Shown: one piece after another, positions 1 through 10,485 of the stretch
Position numbering within the stretch: the first letter of the stretch is position 1
How the letters are laid out: every line of letters begins with the position of its first letter
Source: Phoronis australis
Taxonomy: Eukaryota; Animalia; Phoronida
DNA: 64,000 nt
Reading direction: 5' to 3'
Assembly (NCBI GenBank): GCA_002633005.1
Contig: NMRA01000034.1
Location: 953,766 to 1,017,765 of the forward strand
Translations under genes and position numbers: made by a program
Notes under the pieces: model-generated
Database searches by the model: none
The model's input: only the letters and a program-made list of their open reading frames with translations
What the model was told of the DNA's origin: nothing

Positions 1-835
1 ATGGAGACCACTGCAGTAGAGGTGTAAACCAATGCCAAATGGAGCATTGGTTCCTATTATCCAGGAAACGAAGTCTCAGCTTCACAATTTCTCTGCATGT
101 GTATTTTTAAAATTCGATTTTGTCATAATTGACCTTTAAAAATACACGGATCCGTTAGATTACGATGGCATATGGAATGCCAGTCATCGTTAGAAGAATG
201 AAACCAACAAATGGAAACAACAACAACAACAAAAAAAAAAAGAAACGTACACCCACATGTGCATCCAACATGAATGAGAGCAAGTGCTCACCAACCGCTT
301 GCCTCCGTGCATTCCATCTTGTTTTTCTTGAAGCTAAGACGTATGTCACAAGAAGGGAAAAACATGCATGAATTTACTTGAAGTTGCCTGTCGTAGACAG
401 GGTCATCGATGATGCTATACATGTATAATATGAAGAGCAATATACGCAAGGTGATGTTGCCTGTGAAGTATTGGTTTTCACCTTTCTGTGGACGCCTTCA
501 GCAGGGAGAGATCTCAAGGCGTGTCTCCGAATTCGAGTCCCGCCATCATAATCAGACAATTTTCTGACAATATTTCTGCAGAGGAATGTTTCGTTAAAGT
601 GTACGCAACATGACTCTAGTACCTCAAAATAAATTTTATTATTATATCTTACTTGATTTCAGTGCCTTTAGTGCACAGTTCATGAAGAAACACGTAAAAA
701 TTGAAAAAAATAATAATTATGTACAACGTCATGGGTTGAACCCAAGTCGTTCGGCACACTGTTCGGATCAGCAACTAAGTGTATAGAGTGAAGTGAAAGT
801 AAAGTATATTTAGCGTCGAGAAGGTTCGTAGAGGG

Positions 836-1075
836 ATGAAAAGATGTGTTTGCGGAGGCTGCAGCAACAGCAGTCAGACGGAGAACGTCTCGGTGTTCCG
901 AAGGACGCCAAAGTTGCGCAGTAGTGGCATCGATTCGTGCGCCGAACGAGAATGTGGGACCTCAGCGTGGACCAAGCGATTCTGTCCGGAGCCACTCTGA
1001 GTTCTGCCCACTTTGAGGAGTCGTGTTTCGACTCCAATCAGAGGAGATGTTACGATGAAGGCCTCGTTCAATAAA
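836..1075 (+). pseudogene. Decayed THAP zinc-finger domain (transposase N-terminus)
   Basis: Translation MKRCVCGGCSNSSQTENVSVF/(frameshift)PKDAKVAQ*WHRFVRRTRMWDL...TLSSAHFEESCFD fits the THAP pattern (CxxxxC..FPKD..W..R..W..(C)SxHF..CF). It carries one frameshift and in-frame stops, and the third Cys is replaced by Ser. Confidence 0.75.
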
Positions 1076-1108
1076 GGACAATATTTACTATTCAGAAACA
1101 TCGGCTCT

Positions 1109-1309
1109 TTATTCAGAATCGTCTGTTGGATGACTGGGTTGACTGGCCGAGCTCGAGGCCGCTTCTCTCGCGAGAGGATCCAGTTCGTAAGGCCTCAAAG
1201 TAGAAAAGTACGCAGCTGAAAACGTATCAAACTCGTTCTCGCTTTCGTGCAACCCCATTTCGTCATCCTGGCCACCATTCTCGTACGTTTCTTCATAGTA
1301 TTTGTTCAT
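1109..1309 (-). pseudogene. Truncated transposon accessory ORF (acidic N-terminus with LRPYELDP motif; possibly Nanor/P2X7-C-like)
   Basis: 66-aa ORF convergent with the THAP remnant inside the same TIR-bounded element. A PYxxxP motif followed by a Ser/Asp-rich tract resembles the N-termini of KolobokP accessory proteins. The diagnostic Cys cluster is absent. Confidence 0.35.
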
Positions 1310-4300
1310 TTCTTGCTCATAATCGTTGTCTCTTTCAAATTCCCTACTCTCCTCCGTTGTTCAGTGCTAGTCGCTGATCTCTTGTGTTCAACCCATGATG
1401 TCGCATGGCGGGAAATGTGAAAATTGGTAAAATTGAAAGAGAAATCAAAATTTCGAGCTAAGGACACAAAATAATCATGGATTTGGCTAAATTTTACGTC
1501 ATACATTTAGTCTGTTACCACCGGTAATTCAAAATGTGCAAAAATCCATGGTGTGTACTGTTTAAAAGTTTGGTGTCAGAGATATGACTTAAAGGACACC
1601 TGTCAGTCGAGAAGCTAGTAAGGTAGACTGCTTTTTCGTTCACTAGGACTTCAATATCCAGACACAAGACGCATCAAAAACAGCCTACTTACAGCTCAGC
1701 AACAATTTCAACTGCATAGAGTGCAGCCGGTGGTAGCAGTTTTGGAAAGACTTACAGACACAAGGTAAGGGGGGATTTTCAAACACATTTTGCATAGTAT
1801 TTTTGAAGCTACGGGCTCTTCCAATTACGCACTCGAGTTTGAAAATTACTTACCTCGCTACCTTCTAATATTGCCGATAGATGGAGATGCATCCCGACAG
1901 TCGTTGATAGGGTTCTTGTTACTGTTTCTCAAGATTTTCATTGAAGGCGAGAGTAAGTCTAAGAAAAGCGTTTGGATACCGACACGGTCTAGATATTCTC
2001 CATCCATTAGTCCAGCAGAAGCTCGGAACTTCTCTTGATAAACGAACACTAGAGGATTATGCGATTGTACCGTTATCTATGTTCGAAGTTATGTCACGTT
2101 GCGGCTTCAAATGTCCGAATTACTAATAATTTCGAATCGGAAAGCTCAGACATCGTTATTTTTCTGTTGTAGTCTACTTTACTAGACATTGGGAAATTCA
2201 AATAAGTAAAACTGGAGATCTTGAAAGTATGAACGTTGTGGTTTCTAACACTTTTTAAGTCGTGTAGGACCTTATTAACAAGTCTGCCTGTTAAGCCAAA
2301 TATTCACAAAACTTTAGATTTTAACTCAGTAAAAGTACAGTTTTCTGAAAGTAGAATGCCTGAAGAATTTGACGATTTTTTACACATTTTATCAATGTAC
2401 CAATAACTGAGTCACCCGACTACGTCTTTGTACAATAGTTTAGCAAAAAAAAGAAAAGTACATTGTTAGCAAACAACAGTAACAATAACATAGTCAATAT
2501 TTATTAGATACACATGCTCAGTGTGAGATCTCAAAAGAGTTGTCACCGTTTTCTAAATTATCGTTTCACTCTCGTTGTGTGCAACCTAAGAATATTTTCA
2601 TGAAAATCATAAAAGTCCTAATTTTGACAGCCCCTCATGAAAAAAATGAAACATTTTAACATTAATTCTTAACGGCGTTTTGAAGAACAATGCATAAAGT
2701 GCAATCCTTTCCTGAAGTTGGCCAAATTGGACATTTTTAGGGTCCCATATAACCTTAATCAGAAAGCCAACGATTCTCTACTCGGGCTTGCTGGCAATAT
2801 GCCCACTTTGGGTCCCTTTCACAGGTCGGGTTTAAAAGCGGTTCACGACGGTTCGGTAATTCGCCATAATCCGCTGAGAAACGTGCTAACATCGCGAACA
2901 GTCTGGCACACATCTACCATGATTCAAGAAGACTGTGGGCATCCAACAGAAATTTGATGTGCTCAATTATTTTCGTGGTTGTCTTGGTGGTGGGTGTAGA
3001 GTGGACCTGATTCATTTGCGTTGGCAACAGCCATGACCGTCTATACAAAAAGTCAACTTGCGTGTTGGCACCGTGTAAAACCGCTATCAGTCAGTCATAT
3101 TTTTCAGTTTCACGGAAAAGACGTGTCCTACACGGATACTGGAGCACGATATGAACACAGCAGCAACACTGTGCGCGTTCATCATTGCAGTTGTCTCTGT
3201 CAGCAGTAACGTCACGAATGTGTCGGAACCAATACGGATACTCTATATGACAACAAAGCAACGCGGCGACACCGTGGTTGACGCGATGGAGTCCTCAGCA
3301 GAAGCCCGTAGCTCCTGACCCGTAGAAAAAGAGGTGCAGATACGCGATCCCGCCATTCTGTACAGTCCCGGATTCACTCTATGAGGGGCCTGAGGCACTT
3401 TTGCCAGGATGATACGTACATGAAGTCGGGCACTCTACCTTACTTCCAAAAGTCTGAGAAACTAATTCACAAGGACAGAACGTTGTTGGAGGGGGCCCAT
3501 GATACTGCTGTTATGTTCCTATTTTGGTGAAATCAAATTAGACTAAGAAAAAAGGGGCAAAAACACAAATTTGGCACTTTTCACCGAAAAACCGTCACTT
3601 CCCTGCCGATGGTCGAATAAGGCCGACATTANNNNNNNNNNNNNNNNNNNNNNNNNNNNNNNNNNNNNNNNNNNNNNNNNNNNNNNNNNNNNNNNNNNNN
3701 NNNNNNNNNNNNNNNNNNNNNNNNNNNNNNNNNNNNNNNNNNNNNNNNNNNNNNNNNNNNNNNNNNNNNNNNNNNNNNNNNNNNNNNNNNNNNNNNNNNN
3801 NNNNNNNNNNNNNNNNNNNNNNNNNNNNNNNNNNNNNNNNNNNNNNNNNNNNNNNNNNNNNNNNNNNNNNNNNNNNNNNNNNNNNNNNNNNNNNNNNNNN
3901 NNNNNNNNNNNNNNNNNNNNNNNNNNNNNNNNNNNNNNNNNNNNNNNNNNNNNNNNNNNNNNNNNNNNNNNNNNNNNNNNNNNNNNNNNNNNNNNNNNNN
4001 NNNNNNNNNNNNNNNNNNNNNNNNNNNNNNNNNNNNNNNNNNNNNNNNNNNNNNNNNNNNNNNNNNNNNNNNNNNNNNNNNNNNNNNNNNNNNNNNNNNN
4101 NNNNNNNNNNNNNNNNNNNNNNNNNNNNNNNNNNNNNNNNNNNNNNNNNNNNNNNNNNNNNNNNNNNNNNNNNNNNNNNNNNNNNNNNNNNNNNNNNNGC
4201 ACGGTAAACTCAACGCAAAACCAAGTGGCGGGAAACGCTTGCCTCCTAAAACGTCACTTCCGGAGTAGCGGACGAGTAATTAATAAAATTACGAAAAACT

Positions 4301-4960
4301 GTAATTAAGTGGAAAATATGTCTAGGATAACCAACCAACCTTATTTTAGCTCAAAATGACATGAAAAAAGGTTGCCTTCGCCTTTAACATGTTCACAAAT
4401 ACAAAGAAATCACATTCACTTAGCCTACATGCAATGTTTCCTTAATAATGCCCCCACACCTAGCCTACCCCTAGATTTTCATATTTTGGCAGTGCAAAGT
4501 GGCAGCGGCCGCAGCCTAAAGGTTCATTGCCACCTGCAAAGTCTCCGTGGGTGGCACTCAACAGTTTTTGCAGATTTTGGTCTTGAAAAACCAGGTCGAG
4601 TCAGCTCCAACAGCCTGTTCCACAGGATACAAAAAACCTGAACATTCGAAGAGTAGAAATGGGCAAAAGAGTTCAAAAACCTTGAACAAAGTCTATTGAA
4701 ACTGATCCCAAAGTCTCTTTTCCACCTTTTACGACTACCGGAATAGGAGCCGGCTACTTGAAAAAACGAGCAAAAATACGCCAAATCAGCAGTTTTCACC
4801 CCAAAGCCACCACTTGTATGCGATTATTAAGAACTGAGAGACTGTCTCTCAGTTCATTCAGACTGCAAAAACTCTCCAGATTCCATAAATCAGGTGAAAA
4901 GTGGATGTCGACCAGCCAGACTTTTCACTAGTCCAAAGAGTCTGAAGGGTACCTGGCGTG

Positions 4961-7564
4961 CGTTCAGTAACGCTAGGACCTACGCTAGGACCTAGTTAAA
5001 ATCTAACCAAAGTCGCGTGTTCCTATTGAAAATACACGGCAATATCTCACGTAATCCCGCGAAGTCTTGCTTTTTAGCGAGGTCCTACAGGGCTCCACAT
5101 AACGAGCTGCAGGTCGCATTTGCGACCTGAAATTTGGAAATGCGAGCTGAGATTTTTGTCAGTTCGTATCAAGTCACAAAATGCGACCTGGAATTTTCAA
5201 CGAATGCGAGCTGAGTTTTTACACTTCTCGGCAGATACCTGGCAAATATAAAGCAATCCGACCATTACTTGTTGCCAAATCCAAGTGCAAAAGACAACTA
5301 ATTGAGAACAGCCCTCCCGATGACTTGTAAGCAAGTCGCGTGACCACGGGATATGCAGAATCGATCTTTGACGCGTTTCATTGGCTAACATTTTCGGCCA
5401 CTTTTGCAAATTTCCGGATTTGCCGAAGAAAGTTTCGAGCCACAGAACACGTGATAAAACCTCACAAAACAGCGATGTTTCTATTAATTCTTAAGCAATC
5501 AACCTATCAAACTTTGTGGTGGACAAATATGTTTGTTTTTCGCTTAAGATGTCCTTATTACATTTACCAAATATCCACGACAATATCCCTGATCTCGCAC
5601 TGCGGCACTGGTCGGTCCCGTTGTTAGCGTGCAAGCGATCCCGGCAAGACAATCGTGACTTAGATATGTGCGCCTCGTTTTTATCCCATAAGACAGCCAA
5701 AGTGAAAATGACAACCTATTAATCCCCAAACGACGATCACATCTTTACTTTCAGTTGCCAAGAAATTCTCAAACCCCATCACTGGTTTCTGGGGCTACGT
5801 GCGCGAAATATGATTTGTCTTTCACACGTTGTTGCCAACGTAAAGTGTAGGCCTATTCCAGCAATTCAAGTGCGTGAACTCACGCGTGCGCACCGTTTCA
5901 AAGCTGCACATCAAAAGAGAACAGCGGCAGTCCTAAATGAAAGAGTATACCGGCTTGGCTCTGTTAAGCACCCGAGTGCCAATGGTTTATTTGAAAATGA
6001 GCTCATAGATTTCCGGCGGTTATAAAAGACCTGATGCTTTACGATATTCCCCGGGACGGATGTACGTAACCCAGAACTGATATTTTCCAGTTCCGATGTT
6101 TCTCGTGGTCGATGTTCTCTAAACCCTATATTCTATGCCCGTAGCCAGCTATTGCAACTAAACAGGTACTAGATGCGAAATTGTGGTTAGCGAACTTTTT
6201 ATTCTTCTCTTCATACACCTCCCCCCCCTCCCCGGCAACTTTTCGGTCCCCGTACCATCGCTGCTGTAAAAATGTTCAGACTCCAATAGAAACAATCATG
6301 TTCCAGCTGAAGCGGGAAATTAAGAACAATATTATTCCAGGTGAAAAAAGGGTACAGTGTATGTGGTAACGATATGCAGAAAGTCACCCCTACTAGATGG
6401 AGTTTGCCTCGCAAAATCGTATTATTATAACGTTTCTTACCATTGTAGTCTTTTAATATCTTATTACCGCAAACACTCAGGTTAACGACTATGCTAACTC
6501 GCAAGCCTACTCTCTACCTTTGAAAAGTTTCACAATAAGCGCTCACTGGTCTACTAAGCGTTCCCCCTCAACTTTTGAGAATTTCCAATTAAGCGCCCAC
6601 AGTTTAGGCTAGCGCCCATCATATCGCACTACAAACAACCGCGCGTGGTTTAAAATTGACTCGCAGTCTACATGGTGTGTCACTCTCATTTTACACAACA
6701 AATTCCGTTTTCTCAATATGTAAAACACAAATCCCGGCTTTGTTTTATACCTCCGAAACAAAGTTAACACTAGTGACATGCGTGTCGTTTTGTGACTGAC
6801 CTATTTTTCCCGTACCTGGAAGGTATTGAGCAAACTTGCCATTACCAGATGGAAACTCGCACAGAGGGAGTCGGGAATTATTTGGAGGTTATTCACTTCA
6901 TGGAAAACTAACTGTTGAGTACGTAAGCAGCATAAGTACCACATTTTGGTTGTGAAATTTGCACTGAATTGTTTATTCGGTTAAAGCATTGTTTCACGGA
7001 TTTTTCTCGACAGACGTTTTTCAAACATGAATATTTAAGTTGCAAAATTTGGGCTGCGAACAAAAAGCGGAGGGAATTTGCCCTCGGAGTTAGTTTGAAT
7101 CTTTAACGACTTTGATGACAGCCAGTAGCTGGTGAGACCTAGCAAAATCCCGGATACTTTTTCAACGGGCATTTTCTCCCTTTTCAAATCACAAACTTAG
7201 CTACTCGAATGCACGTTTCAGTTAGAGAGCACTAATTCAACTTTCACGTCGGGAACTTGACTTGCGCTCTAGAAACTTTCAATGGCGGTCGTGAAGAACA
7301 GTAACGCCGTACCTGCATGAACGAAGTCAGTTTTGGGATCTGAAATTTGTGAGTATTTAACGCGGCAGGAAAGAGCATAATCTAAACATTTTCTCGATGA
7401 TCTAAAATCAATTTTGGCGCGTAAAAATGGCGGGAAAATTTTGCGACCTGGCATTTATGAATGCGAGCTGGATTTTTCAAATGCGACCTGGGATTCTGGC
7501 TAGGTCGCAAAATGCGACCTGACGATTTTAATAGCGTCGAGCCCTGTCCTAGCGTTACTGAACG
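4961..7564. mobile_element. Small MITE (about 140 bp) interrupted by a 2.46-kb insertion
   Basis: Perfect 19-bp inverted repeat CGTTCAGTAACGCTAGGAC (4961-4979) / GTCCTAGCGTTACTGAACG (7546-7564). The right TIR is split by the nested element. Confidence 0.6.
5088..7546. mobile_element. Non-autonomous hAT-like DNA transposon nested in a MITE
   Basis: Termini CAGGGCTC...GAGCCCTG. TCCTA is duplicated on both sides (5083-5087, 7547-7551). Subterminal TGCGACCTG/TGCGAGCTG/GGTCGCA motifs cluster at both ends (5110-5215, 7440-7521). No coding remnant was recognised. Confidence 0.65.
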
Positions 7565-9890
7565 GGAGGCTGAATTTCATGCTAAAATTCAACTTCCCGC
7601 TTGCAAGCAGTAAAGGTTTAAAAAAGCCACGGCTAAGCAAAAAGTAGATCAAGGGGTCAACAGATGACAATCTTTCACTCAGACTGAACAGATTCAAAAA
7701 TCAAGCAAATGCTATTCGTAGCCTTCACATGCAGCTCAGAACTTGAAATGCCCAGCCAACCCAGCAGGAACAATTTTTTAATGAACACTGGAGAAAGCAA
7801 ACTGAACCGTGGCTCAAAAAACTATTGAGTGCCACCGTGATCGAGATAATCTTCCGAGTTTTCACCGCCAGAGGCCGCATTACTTCCGCGTTTGTACACC
7901 ACGTTCTCGAGCTTTTTGTTGTCACCTGACCACGATTCATGGCGTGTTATAGAGCCCCCCCTGAGCCGGCAATGTATGAAAGGAGGCTCATATTCAATTA
8001 TTGAACTTTGACCAGCGATTCGTTTGAAAATGGTGGTGGTCTTGCTAATGACTGTATTCACGGTATCGCAGTTAAACTCGTATTCAATGCCAGGGAATCT
8101 TATTCACAATCTTACACAGTAAATGTAGGTGGGAAGATTTGCATTTTATTGTTAAACGTCGGAAAGTGTTTATATGACGATTGTCCGGTTTGATTTCATT
8201 AGAACTTAACATCGATTTATCATCACCCTTGATCTTTCAAAACACTTTCATAAAATTCATATCAACTCATTCAAATATCCTAATATTTCAATTACTTGAT
8301 AACACTGAAAATTGTAATTTACGAAATGTTTGTATTTTAGCAATATTTTCAACTAGTAATTGAATGAAACTTTGTGACTCTAAAAATTCCAAGACGGATA
8401 ATCTTAGCCCAATTTGAACTATTAGCGGCCGTAAAACGTATACATTGCGGGATTGCCCGTCTCTGGTTAACCTAAGACGGATTCACGTTGCTGAAATTAT
8501 TTTATCGACCAATTTAATCGAGCGTGTGCTTTAAAAGAAACCGACTAAAGTAATCTTGTCTTCAAAAAGGAGAACACGCGATATTCAATACGGCAAACTG
8601 ACTCGATAATCGTCAACTCTCTTCACCAGATGACTCACTGTCGCCGCCAGCGAACGCTAATTACATGATTTTACGACACTTTAATTTAGGCTGGCGACTA
8701 AGAAGGTAATTTTATAAAAAGAAAAAGCTTAAACGTTTCATTTGCACATTTCGCACGCCCAGTGCCCCGTATACTGTTACAGGAGAAAGAAGGAAACATC
8801 TTTCCAGTTGAATTGAAATTGCGTTTTAAGCAAAATTGTAACACTGCCAAGGCATCTTCTGAGTTTCACGAACACAATTAACAAATGCCAACTATATTAT
8901 TTAAGTTGATTCAAACAGGAGAGCGTGTGCAAGACTGCCAAAACTTTATTCACATATTTCGGAGGATTGACATTTCATGTAAATAAGCTCAGTCACATGC
9001 TCTTGAGGGCTAATAACAAAATGTGTCGTTCGATACATTTTGCTTGCCAGTGAAACAATCACGTTTTCCTTTCTTGGAAACTACACAAGGTTTTCGACTT
9101 TGTTCATAAAGCAACATGGTTCTCAATGTCCACTAAGTGCGACTTAAAACGTATTTGCGGTTTATTTCTATTTTCAAAAATGAACTTGTTGAAAACAGTC
9201 GTGGTAGTTTTAATGCACGGTATCAATGTTAACGTAGAACAAATTTGATAAAGAAATCATATGAACACAGAAGTTTAAAAATAACAAAATAGTGAAAAAT
9301 TAAAACTTTAGAACTCTAAAGCGACATTAAACCTGTGCTTTCTGTCAAAAAGTCTTGATTTAGACTATTTATCGTTATAAAATTAGTCTTAAGTTATTCT
9401 TTAATAAAATAGGTGCGACTTACAAGCTTGGAAACAACTGTCTTCAGACCAGTCAAATATCGAGTCACCAGTCGTATAACGATAAGCAATCTAAATCAAA
9501 TGCTGGTATTTATTATGAAAAGCGGGATTATATCTGATTAATTTTTTCTTTTTAGTCTTTTTACTGTCAGCAAAATCAATTTCAACTTTATCTCCCAAAC
9601 AGTGAGTGTTAAACCGCACCCTAATGCACAAATGTAGTGAGACGTCATTAACGTATGAAGCATCAGGGCCTGGGAGATTGTCTCTTGAACACCCTTATTC
9701 AACTTAATGTAAACTACGAGAACACCTAAGACATAGGGGCAATAGACGAACTCGTGAGTCCTTCTATGGGATTAAAAAGTACCCAGCTACAACAATTAAT
9801 GGTAATTTGTGGCGCGCTTTAGTAACGATGTTCGTGGCCCTCTGCGGCTTAGCGGCTAAACATAATGTGCTGTATTCCCCCGTGCGACCG

Positions 9891-10181
9891 ACTGGCGCCA
9901 GTGCCCAATATACACTCACTCGATAGGTAGGGCTATATTTCAATGCCGCGCGAAGACCCGCCCACATCGATCACATTTTCCTTGTGAATTAGGCATAATA
10001 CTAAGCACTTTACTTTGGCAGAGTTTATTAAACACATTTGACAAAATTGTAAACTTATGTTCCTGCAATTGGAGGTCTAATGACTCGTCTCCTGTCTCCG
10101 AGTTATTCTCTTGAATGAGACTCGCTTGTGGTTTGACAGACTACAAGGGGAGGTAAATCCTGATAATTGTTTACATATAAA
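9891..10181 (+). promoter_or_regulatory. Putative BAMBI proximal promoter: palindromic TGGCGCC (BMP-responsive-like) element and TATA-like box
   Basis: 12-bp palindrome ACTGGCGCCAGT at 9891-9902, several GTCT/AGAC motifs at 10086-10142, and TATAAA at 10176-10181, about 300 bp upstream of the inferred start codon. Confidence 0.35.
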
Positions 10182-10485
10182 CTAGGTCGACTCAACCATG
10201 TGGGTAGAGTAAATTGGTACGCTGGCGAACGAGTGTGGTGTACTGAAGTAGAGCCGACGTAAACAGACTGAAGACATCGAGGGAAACTCGCTTCTCCACC
10301 GATCGTTTATTTTCGTAACTGGACTACTTGGGACATTCGTTACCTCCAGGAATTGTTGACGAATGTGAAATTCCCAGATCCACTTGACTACCAGTACTAC
10401 TACCATACATGAGTCAGTTCTTTAAAACACTCGCTCAAGGATTTCCTCATGTTTCTGTGATGGTGCAAGTTTCCTCATGTGAACT

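Larger units (their letters stand above)
598..1561 (+). mobile_element. Non-autonomous, internally deleted Kolobok-like DNA transposon
   Basis: Flanked by TTAA (594-597 and 1562-1565). Imperfect TIRs: left AGTGTACGCAACATG versus right reverse complement ACAGTACACACCATG. Contains a decayed THAP ORF (+) and a convergent short ORF (-). Confidence 0.6.

Noticed and set aside
207-246. Poly-Asn/poly-Lys peptide in ORF 165..371
   Set aside because: It is a simple (AAC)n microsatellite followed by poly-A, with no evidence of coding.
810-1037. Cys-rich minus-strand ORF (CHYC...CCCC) as a zinc-binding protein
   Set aside because: It is the antisense reading of the THAP remnant on the + strand; the Cys run comes from the complement of CAGCAACAGCAG.
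1590-2640. Possible second Kolobok-like element starting TTAAAGGACACCTGTCAG
   Set aside because: The candidate right end (TGACAGCCCCTC, about 2625-2636) is too diverged and lacks TTAA, so it is not supportable without other copies.
3543-4308. Long ORFs of 194-245 aa in the ORF track (similar ones at 32569-33026 and 51384-51757)
   Set aside because: They run through N gaps and are artifacts of undetermined sequence.
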